Of a stretch of 64,000 nt of DNA, positions 49,097 to 56,451 are shown in pieces. Each line of letters opens with the position of its first letter. Positions within the stretch are counted from its first letter, which is position 1. A program made the position numbers and the translations under genes. The notes below the pieces were generated by a model. That model saw only the letters and a list, made by a program, of their open reading frames with translations. It was not told the origin of the DNA and did not search any database. Location: positions 774,250-838,249 of the forward strand of contig CAVZPP010000003.1 of the NCBI GenBank assembly GCA_963777115.1, in the 5' to 3' direction. Origin of the DNA: an uncultured Bacteroidaceae bacterium (GTDB lineage: Bacteria; Bacteroidota; Bacteroidia; Bacteroidales; SM23-62).

Positions 49097-49741
49097 TTAG
49101 GTAACAATTTGTCCAGGAGTATTAGACTTTAAACAAGCATAACCCAATCCACCTCCCTCAAAATATAGGTACTGGTACCCTGAAGAATCAATTGAACCCT
49201 GAACTACTTTATTTTCATCTCTAAGACTTCTGGATTCAGTATCCGGCAGATCCGGATCAGAAATAATTGTTCCATCGCCAAACTTGAATGGTCCTTCAGG
49301 AACATATACCATTTCAATCCCAAACACCTTAAAATCCGGATGGATTATAATTTCCGGATTTAGCGTTACGTTCAAAGTAATATTCGTCACCGGTACATTT
49401 CCAGTAAAATCATTTTCATTTCTAATGAAAATGCCCACACTGTCTTCTTCGGTAATGATTTCCAGATCCCCTTCAGCTATTCCTCCTGTGATTGAAGCAG
49501 GTTCCCAGGCTATTCCATTGTCAGGACGGTATTTCACAAATACCCAGACCGCATCATGAAATCGTTCGGTCTGGCGCCAGGAATTTTTCCAGGAAACATC
49601 GAACGAGACCTGGGTATAATCAGCATTTGGTGTCACATTTGTGATTTCTAATCCGTTGCCCAGAAGGCTGGAGCATGGGAGGGATAATAAAAGGATCAGT
49701 GGTACGATTGTTTTCATTGGATTCTTGAATTTATTATGCAT
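49097..49741 (-). CDS. truncated paralog of the SUMF1-like protein (signal peptide, N-terminal domain and first ~60 aa of the FGE-like domain)
   Basis: Residues 28-149 align colinearly with residues 21-142 of the 513-aa protein at 53251-54792 (GNGLEITNVTPN...HDAVWVF.KYRPDNGI.WE...HPDFKVFGIEMVYVPE). Similarity continues weakly to CLKSNTPGQIV vs CMKYPITQGQFV, then stops 64 bp from the IS right end. Confidence 0.6.
   Translation of the reverse strand: MHNKFKNPMKTIVPLILLLSLPCSSLLGNGLEITNVTPNADYTQVSFDVSWKNSWRQTERFHDAVWVFVKYRPDNGIAWEPASITGGIAEGDLEIITEEDSVGIFIRNENDFTGNVPVTNITLNVTLNPEIIIHPDFKVFGIEMVYVPEGPFKFGDGTIISDPDLPDTESRSLRDENKVVQGSIDSSGYQYLYFEGGGLGYACLKSNTPGQIVT
49295..49660 (-). repeat. dispersed duplication, copy 1 (N-terminal domain coding segment)
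   Basis: Nucleotide-level similarity to 54367-54732, including a near-identical core CATCATGAAA(T/C)CGTTCGGTCTGGCGCCA. Confidence 0.8.
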
Positions 49742-49756
49742 TTGGATGGGTTTTAA

Positions 49757-52700
49757 TCAATAGTGCACGATGATTTTACTTTGATGTATTTTTTCACTAC
49801 CGGTTTCCCTGAACCGCACAACATATACGCCGGGGTCAAGCCTTCCGGCCAGTTGAACTGTTATTCTTTCTTCATCTCTTACATTGAGTTCATATGTTGT
49901 TCTTCCATTCATGTCTATGAATTTCAGACGGCCTTGTTTGACTCTTTCAGGAAATGTAATATTCAGAGGACCACCGGTAACAGGATTCGGGTAAAGCTGC
50001 AGATCGCTCAGGCGATTTATCTCCTTAACTTCTGAAACGACCTTTGGATTCAGGTACTCAGCGTTTGAGTATCCGTCTCCCATTCCGCCACCGTAAATAT
50101 TAAATGTGTTCTGGTTAACCAAATGTTCCAGGCTGTAACCATCTCCGCTTCCGCCTTCATAGATGGAAAAGGTTTCAGCATTGGTAAAGCCTTGATTTAC
50201 ATAGCCATCTCCGGAACCGCCGGGGTAAATGCTGAATTCGGCAGGATTCACAAAATTCCTCCTGGCATATCCATCGTCCCTGCCCCCTGAGTATATATTA
50301 AATACATTGGTATTCAAATGATTAACATACGAGTAACCATCACCCCTACCTCCGGAATATATTTCAAATGAATTTGAATTAGTGTATTTGTCAATATTAT
50401 AACCATCTCCGGCACCTCCGCTGTAACCAGACAAAGCGGTGATGGTAACATTGATATCATCAAAAGACGCACAACCTCCCCGGGTGATAAGATCCAGTGT
50501 GTAATATCCGCTGCTATAAACATTGATGCTACCGAGGCTGTCTCCGGTGCTCCAATCATAAGTGTAATAAGGATCAGCTGGTGCAATAAGGGATATACCG
50601 CCAATCAGGCTGGTATCATTGCCAAGTGAAAAATTCAGTGGCTCTTCAAAGATCACGGAGACGGAGTCTGTCATAGATCCTCCGAATTTTGTAAGGGCAT
50701 GAAGAGAATACGTGCCGGAAGTTGTTACCATCAGGGTATCATTGGTACTCCCGGTATTCCATTGATATTCCATAAAACCCGAAGGTACAGTAAGTATAGT
50801 GGTATCTTCCTTACAATCATACAATGTATTCGGTAAAGCAATGGGATCAAACTCACATATCCGGGGCAGAGAATCGAATTCAAAAGCGGCGATGCCGTAG
50901 CTTACCGAGTTCCCGGCATGTGTAAATCCTCCCACAATAAATAATTCATTAGCTAGCAACACAAGACCATTTATTTCAGTATGGTAGGTGGAGGCTGGAC
51001 TCGCTGCTCCATCAATACCCCCTCCTACGGGCCAGATTTCGCAACCATCGTACATTGCAAGATTCAGTATATCAACGCCGTTAACAGAGGTGAATTGCCC
51101 TCCCAGGTAAACAATGCTGTCATTCATGACATGGATGGAATGTATCTCGCGTTGTTTGCCGCTTGCACCCTGTTCAAATTCGGCAAATGGGAACCATCTT
51201 TCACCGTTCCATGATCCCATACCGGCACTTTCCACCCTTGATCCATCTCCATTATAGAGATTCTGAAATCGACCGGCAACAATTATGTTTCCTGTATGGG
51301 GATCCCTGTCAATGTCCATTACCTGACCTTGTATCCCGTTCCCAACACTGAACCAGTTTCCATCCACATATTTTGCTATTGCTCTGCAGGCTGTATTCCC
51401 ATCGATGGATGAGAAATTTCCACCCACGTATATAGCTGAATCCCCATCGTTAAAGACAACAGGAATTTCACTCGCTCCTGCATCCCCCAATGACTGCCAG
51501 GTACTGCCATTATACAATGCCATGTTTGTTGCACTGGTGCCGTCTACCTGGTTGAAATAACCCGTGATGACAGGGTTTCCCTGGTAAAGGTCAATGTCTC
51601 TCACCCAAGAGGAAGAACCGGGCGTTCTTGTGACGCCGCTTCCAAATCCCTGCCACTGTCCCGTGCTGAGATCCAACATGGCCAGATTAATAGCTGTGAC
51701 ATCACCAGCCTGGGTGAATCTTCCTCCAACGTAGAGGGTATCCCCCTGAAGATGCAGGGCATAAACTGTAACCCAGGAGTATCCTCTTGACAAACCTCCG
51801 GCCAGATCAGACCATTCCCTGGTAAGCGGATCGAAGATGGCAAGACCTTTGGCGGGCCCGCCGTCAAATCCGGAAAATGAACCACCTACAATCAGTTTAT
51901 CATTCCATTTCACCGCATCATAAATAATGGAATTATCACTCCATATGCCTTTGCCCAATGCGTCCCATTGCTGGCCGTCCCATGCCGCCAGATTATTGGC
52001 CAGACCGGTACCAGCCTCATCAAAAACACCCCCTGTATAAATACTGTTCTGAAAGCGCTGAATGGCATTCACGCTCAAGTGATCCCCCCGCAAGCCCCCG
52101 TTGAGGGTATCGCCAAGCCATTTATCTGCTACAGGATCATAAATCCCGATCCCGTTTCCAACGGTGGCAAAAGTATCTGCAGAATAATAAGTCTCCTGAT
52201 GATTGAAATTACCTCCTACATAGAGCTTATTGTTAACAGTGTCTTTGGTAATAGTATTTACATCAAAACTATGGCCTCCCCGCTGGCCAATCCCGCCAAT
52301 GATGGTCCAGGATATGCCGTCAAAGACAGCAAAACCACGATTTACTTCTGAGGGCATGGTGCTATTGGTCCCAAATTTTCCTCCGGCATACATCCGGTCG
52401 CCTGCGGCATCGTAGTAAAGTGATTGAACCGTGGAGGATTGGGCATCTGCTGATGGCCAGGGCTTGTATATGAGTCCTCCTCCGGCTTCTTTCCATTCTC
52501 CGATGGATGGGTCCCAGATGGCGACACTGTTTATATTTACGCTGTCGGATTTGACATCGTAAATATTGATAGATCCACCCACAAACAACTCATCATCTGC
52601 ATTACTTTCCAATGCATATACAATACTTTCAGTGTTAAAAATACTTCCTACGCCTCCGCCGACATCCGACCATTCCAGTGTATTAATATTCAGGGCTGCT

Positions 52701-53251
52701 ACTTTGTAAACATCCAGTGTGGAAGAGTCGGGTTGTGTCACGCGGTCTAAACCCCTGCCTCCGGCATAGAGGGTATCCCCGATCATCTCCAGGGCCAAAA
52801 TCCGAAAAGCATTGATACCGTTCGAGATGGATTCAAAGGATTCCGTGCTTATATTCCAGCGAATTAGATTTTCAGAAGGAACATATGATCCATCTGAATT
52901 GTATGCACCTTTAAAAAACCCGGCAATGTATAACATACCGTCATTTCCCATGATCATGGTTTCCAGGTAACCCCGTCCGCAGGAAGGGCAATGAAAGTTA
53001 CCTCCAAGTTTTTCATACCGTACACCGTCCCAGCGGACAAATTGTCTTTTCCCCGGATCGCCCCCAAACTCACCGGCCCAGGAATTGTTAATGATGTAGA
53101 GGTAATTCTCATCCGCCACCATGGCAGTGATATCTCCCTGGCTGATGCCCGGCATCATAAATTCAGTACTCCAAATGCCATCAAGCTGGGCATATATGGG
53201 AGTTATGCCGGAGAACCAAATCAATATGAAAAGAATTCTGACTAACTTCAT
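49757..53251 (-). CDS. 1164-aa secreted beta-propeller repeat protein with T9SS C-terminal sorting domain
   Basis: A signal peptide is followed by 12 or more repeats of the (L/I)(Y/F)(V/A)GG.F....G type (LYAGGRG, LFVGGSI, MYAGGKF, LYVGGNF, IYTGGVF, LIVGGSF, LYVGGRF, IYVGGNF...). Two Y.W(N/S)TG Ig-like modules and six 21-aa GGxGDGY repeats follow. The C-terminus LQLYPNPVTGGPLNITF...KIIVHY is typical of T9SS type A CTDs. Confidence 0.85.
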   Translation of the reverse strand: MKLVRILFILIWFSGITPIYAQLDGIWSTEFMMPGISQGDITAMVADENYLYIINNSWAGEFGGDPGKRQFVRWDGVRYEKLGGNFHCPSCGRGYLETMIMGNDGMLYIAGFFKGAYNSDGSYVPSENLIRWNISTESFESISNGINAFRILALEMIGDTLYAGGRGLDRVTQPDSSTLDVYKVAALNINTLEWSDVGGGVGSIFNTESIVYALESNADDELFVGGSINIYDVKSDSVNINSVAIWDPSIGEWKEAGGGLIYKPWPSADAQSSTVQSLYYDAAGDRMYAGGKFGTNSTMPSEVNRGFAVFDGISWTIIGGIGQRGGHSFDVNTITKDTVNNKLYVGGNFNHQETYYSADTFATVGNGIGIYDPVADKWLGDTLNGGLRGDHLSVNAIQRFQNSIYTGGVFDEAGTGLANNLAAWDGQQWDALGKGIWSDNSIIYDAVKWNDKLIVGGSFSGFDGGPAKGLAIFDPLTREWSDLAGGLSRGYSWVTVYALHLQGDTLYVGGRFTQAGDVTAINLAMLDLSTGQWQGFGSGVTRTPGSSSWVRDIDLYQGNPVITGYFNQVDGTSATNMALYNGSTWQSLGDAGASEIPVVFNDGDSAIYVGGNFSSIDGNTACRAIAKYVDGNWFSVGNGIQGQVMDIDRDPHTGNIIVAGRFQNLYNGDGSRVESAGMGSWNGERWFPFAEFEQGASGKQREIHSIHVMNDSIVYLGGQFTSVNGVDILNLAMYDGCEIWPVGGGIDGAASPASTYHTEINGLVLLANELFIVGGFTHAGNSVSYGIAAFEFDSLPRICEFDPIALPNTLYDCKEDTTILTVPSGFMEYQWNTGSTNDTLMVTTSGTYSLHALTKFGGSMTDSVSVIFEEPLNFSLGNDTSLIGGISLIAPADPYYTYDWSTGDSLGSINVYSSGYYTLDLITRGGCASFDDINVTITALSGYSGGAGDGYNIDKYTNSNSFEIYSGGRGDGYSYVNHLNTNVFNIYSGGRDDGYARRNFVNPAEFSIYPGGSGDGYVNQGFTNAETFSIYEGGSGDGYSLEHLVNQNTFNIYGGGMGDGYSNAEYLNPKVVSEVKEINRLSDLQLYPNPVTGGPLNITFPERVKQGRLKFIDMNGRTTYELNVRDEERITVQLAGRLDPGVYVVRFRETGSEKIHQSKIIVHY
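50042..50431 (-). repeat. six tandem 63-bp coding repeats (21-aa unit F.IY.GG.GDGY........N...)
   Basis: YSGGAGDGYNIDKYTNSNSFEI / YSGGRGDGYSYVNHLNTNVFNI / YSGGRDDGYARRNFVNPAEFSI / YPGGSGDGYVNQGFTNAETFSI / YEGGSGDGYSLEHLVNQNTFNI / YGGGMGDGYSNAEYLNPKV. Confidence 0.85.
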
Positions 53252-54792
53252 TAGCGTATGCCTCTGCCGGATACGTACATGTCGACTCTTGTTTTCCCAT
53301 AACTAGGGTGTTGAATGTCCCTGTAAAAAAGAAGTGCTTTAATTTCGGATACATTCGTTTTAAGCAACCAGAGGTGATGCAATGTAATTCGGGGCCCATT
53401 CTTATATGTTAAAGCTCTCTCGGTGAGAAGGTATGGGATGACCGGATCCCCGTTCCCCAGATAGAGATGATGTCCCGAACTATAATAAGATATCGATTCA
53501 ATGGACAAGACCAATTCTTTTCCATTTCCACTCAGGTCAGAAATGCCCCAGAAGGATTTTCCGGAGGAGGAACGATTATCCCCCGGGTCAGCTGATATTC
53601 CTGCACGATAGTATAGTGGATGCTGTTCACCTATTTTGTGCCAGAATCTGGGTGGCAGTTCTGTAGTGACTGAAAATCTCTCATCGGTAGTACCTGCATC
53701 AATCAGAGACGGAGGTTGAATAGAATGTGAATGTCCCCACGCATATTCATTTTTTACGGGTTTCATCGGTCCCCTGCAAGCTTTTTCATACTGCATTTCA
53801 TTCATCGGCGCCAATCCGGACCAGAACAGAAATGAAAGCATTGGGTAGATGAATGCCGAATCATATGCAGGGGATGCAAAATTGAAATTTAACACAATAT
53901 CCTTACCATCATTTGGTTCATTGAAAATTCCATTGCGATTCAGGTCATTAACAAACAGAACCGGGCTGTTTGTGGTCGTATCATCCGTTGTAATGTACAC
54001 TCCCTGACGGTAATTACGTGAGGTATCATGAATAAATTGGTTTTGATTATAATGATTGAAAATATCTCTGCCCAGGGCTGTTCTTTGATCCTGCTCCGTC
54101 AGACAATTCAGAAAATCTACAAACTGACCCTGGGTAATCGGATATTTCATACAGTAGAAATCAGAATATCCTGTTGACATTGCAGAGGAAGGGATTACAA
54201 AATCTTCCTCATGCATGCCTTGATCATTGAAAAATTCCAAGGTCACCTTTTCACTGTCTATAAACTGACTTATATGCGACGAGTCGCGGAAAAGGGAGAA
54301 GTATTCATTATTTTTATCCACAATTTTTCTGTTGATTGCACTGTTGTCTCCATAGTAAAAACCTTCTTCAGGAACATATACCATTTCAATTCCGAATACC
54401 TTGAAGTCGGGGTGAATGGCAATTGCCCGATCCAGTGAAACATCCACCGTGACATTGGTTGCAGTCACATCTCCTGTGAAATCTGCCGCGTTCCGCAGGA
54501 ATATGCCCACACTGTCTTGCTGGGAGATCACTTCGAGATTACCATTTGTTGCACCGCCGGTCAAGTGTGCATGTTCCCATCGTATTCCATTGTCGGGCCG
54601 GTATTTGATAAACACCCATACTGCATCATGAAACCGTTCGGTCTGGCGCCACGAGTTTTCCCAGGAAATGTCAAAGCTAAGTTGCGAGTAATCTTCATTG
54701 GGAGTAACATTTGTTATTTCAAGTCCGTTGCCGTAGGAATGAACTAAAAATGACAAAAGTCCCGCTATCGCTAAATATTTTTTGAAATTCAT
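53251..54792 (-). CDS. secreted SUMF1/FGE-sulfatase-fold (GldJ/GldK-like) protein with a novel ~120-aa N-terminal domain
   Basis: 513 aa with a signal peptide and no lipobox. FGE-fold landmarks appear in order: FGIEMVYVPEEGFYYGD, FYCMKYPITQGQFVDFL, WSGLAPMNEMQYEKACRG, YAWGH, SFWGISDLSGNGKELV, and a terminal SGRGIR. Its stop shares one base with the ATG of the downstream 1164-aa gene (TAATG). Confidence 0.7.
   Translation of the reverse strand: MNFKKYLAIAGLLSFLVHSYGNGLEITNVTPNEDYSQLSFDISWENSWRQTERFHDAVWVFIKYRPDNGIRWEHAHLTGGATNGNLEVISQQDSVGIFLRNAADFTGDVTATNVTVDVSLDRAIAIHPDFKVFGIEMVYVPEEGFYYGDNSAINRKIVDKNNEYFSLFRDSSHISQFIDSEKVTLEFFNDQGMHEEDFVIPSSAMSTGYSDFYCMKYPITQGQFVDFLNCLTEQDQRTALGRDIFNHYNQNQFIHDTSRNYRQGVYITTDDTTTNSPVLFVNDLNRNGIFNEPNDGKDIVLNFNFASPAYDSAFIYPMLSFLFWSGLAPMNEMQYEKACRGPMKPVKNEYAWGHSHSIQPPSLIDAGTTDERFSVTTELPPRFWHKIGEQHPLYYRAGISADPGDNRSSSGKSFWGISDLSGNGKELVLSIESISYYSSGHHLYLGNGDPVIPYLLTERALTYKNGPRITLHHLWLLKTNVSEIKALLFYRDIQHPSYGKTRVDMYVSGRGIR
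54367..54732 (-). repeat. dispersed duplication, copy 2 (N-terminal domain coding segment)
   Basis: Partner of 49295-49660. See that entry. Confidence 0.8.
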
Positions 54793-54974
54793 TTTGGATA
54801 AAAATTTGTTTTAGACGCAAATATAACATCATGCTAGAAGGTAAAATTGGAAAAAACGGACAAAAAGACTCAAAACTCTTAAATAGCTTCCTGGTACGTG
54901 CGATTTCTTATTTTTTTGCCTGATTCTGCTTCAAAAACCTGGTTTAATTATACAGGGGAGAGAGTTAAATATAT

Positions 54975-55800
54975 CAGGACCTGACAGAGCCAAGATAACT
55001 TTTTAGAAAGGAATGACCACTTTCAAGGAACTCTGTTGGAGATTGTCCCAGGTAGTTTTTAAAATCGTTAATAAAATGGGGCTGGTCGTAGTATCCGTTT
55101 TCAAGCATCAGGTTCTAATAAGCGGTCTTATTCCCACTTCGTATGGCTTCGAAAACCGAATTAAACTGAATGATTTTACAATATTTTTTAGGACTGATGC
55201 CAATTACCTGACTGAATACCCTTCGGAGCTGTCTTTCACTAACATTAACGCTTGAAGCCAGTTCACTCATCCGAATATTGCCATTCTTTCTCAAAATAAT
55301 ATCCAGGGCATCATCGAGTACATTATTAGGATTTATATCAGGAAGACGCTCAATCAAAACTTCCTGCATTAATTCGGCCAGTTTAAGGGGATCATCGACG
55401 GATGACAAACGTTGACGTAATTGTTTGGCTATCACAGGGATTTTTTACTTTCAGAAAGATACCACTATCCGTAATCTCTCTACCATTAGTATTAAAGAAA
55501 TAACTCATACTGGTAGGAAGCATTTCCAGTCCCACATGTAAGTAATCTCCGTTGAGGGTGAAATAGGGAAATTCTTTATCAAGCTGGCCGACAAGATATA
55601 ATTGCTCATCGGATTCAATTATCAAATTGCTGTAATTTATCCTGATCGGGAAACGGCTGTAGGTAAAAATATGAAAAACCTGTTGGTACAATTGGGATGA
55701 TTTCGTTATTTAGGCCAGAGGCAGTAGTAATCAGTATGCTTCTTACATGATTCGTAATGGCTTCATGCGGAGGATGCACTTCAATTTTTAATTTTTCCAT
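54975..55800 (-). pseudogene. AraC family transcriptional regulator, two frameshifts plus an in-frame TAG
   Basis: The N-terminal part is split across three frames (55615-55800, 55392-55691, 55115-55435). The HTH region ...MSELASSVNVSERQLRRVFSQVIGISPKKY...SGNKTAY*NLMLENGYYDQPHFINDFKNYLGQSPTEF is interrupted by TAG at 55115-55117. Confidence 0.8.
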
Positions 55801-56141
55801 GTGACAACTTTTACTATTTGGACCAGGTTTTGATCAGAATTTCCGTTCACAAGATAAAAGTATATTTACAGGCTTCTATAATACTCCCCATTTCCTTTAA
55901 CAAAGGCCACATTTGCTAAGTTAAACAATTGATTGTTTTGAGTTGCTTTTTTACAGAAGGATAATAAAAAAGGTGCCAGTTTTTTCGCCAGTATTCCTGC
56001 AAATCCATGTAAACCAGTGTAAAATTTTACATAAAATGAACAGTTAATTTTATTGATAAAAACACATAAATCCCTGTAAATGTTGAAGATAACCTCAAAT
56101 AATCCGATTTTTTCGGACCGAATAATATATCGAAAAAAGGA

Positions 56142-56185
56142 GACTCATAATCAGGGGGTCGCTGGTTCGAGCCCAGCTGGGCCCA
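56142..56185 (+). repeat. direct repeat: 3' 44 nt of the tRNA(CAU) (att-like, distal boundary)
   Basis: Identical to 43548-43591. The upstream sequence is unrelated to the tRNA 5' half, and the downstream sequence differs from copies 1 and 2. Confidence 0.9.
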
Positions 56186-56195
56186 CAGTTGATAA

Positions 56196-56234
56196 CCAAC
56201 CACTTGGAGTAATTTCCAGCTGGTTGGTTTTTTT
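56196..56234 (+). terminator. rho-independent terminator-like hairpin after tRNA fragment 3
   Basis: Stem CCAACCACTTGG / CCAGCTGGTTGG (10 of 12 paired), 8-nt loop, then T7. Confidence 0.6.
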
Positions 56235-56451
56235 GTTGGTATAAACCAATGAATAAACATTGTGTGAGGTAGCTGAATAATTTATATGCCGGTGCTCATT
56301 AAGCAAACCTAAGAGAATAATCGACGTAGCCTTCTTTAATATACCTGAGTGAGTCGGGAATATTGCTTCGTATAAAAATGGGACTGCCTGCATGTGCGAC
56401 AGTCCCATTTAAAATTATAAGATTTATATTATTGAATACCTGTAGAGTAAT

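Larger units (their letters stand above)
46562..56185. mobile_element. putative integrated island 2 (about 9.6 kb), bounded by tRNA 3'-half repeats 2 and 3; no site-specific recombinase gene
   Basis: Flanked by 43-44-nt direct repeats at 46519-46561 and 56142-56185. Its left end is homologous to the left end of island 1. It contains an IS, three disrupted genes and the SUMF1-like/T9SS cluster. Confidence 0.55.

Noticed and set aside
50042-50431. Regular 63-bp periodicity considered as a possible CRISPR or other noncoding array
   Set aside because: The units are contiguous with no spacers, stay in frame inside an 1164-aa ORF, and are conserved at the amino-acid rather than the nucleotide level.
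55115-55117. In-frame TAG in the AraC gene considered as stop-codon recoding or an alternative genetic code
   Set aside because: The same gene also has two frameshifts. TAG is used as a normal terminator elsewhere in the window (for example pheS at 4605-4607).
56027-56408. ORFs 56027-56260 and 56151-56408 on the minus strand
   Set aside because: They run across the tRNA-fragment repeat and its terminator hairpin. Their translations (…LGSNQRPPDYES…, …GPAGLEPATP) are simply the tRNA T-arm read as protein.
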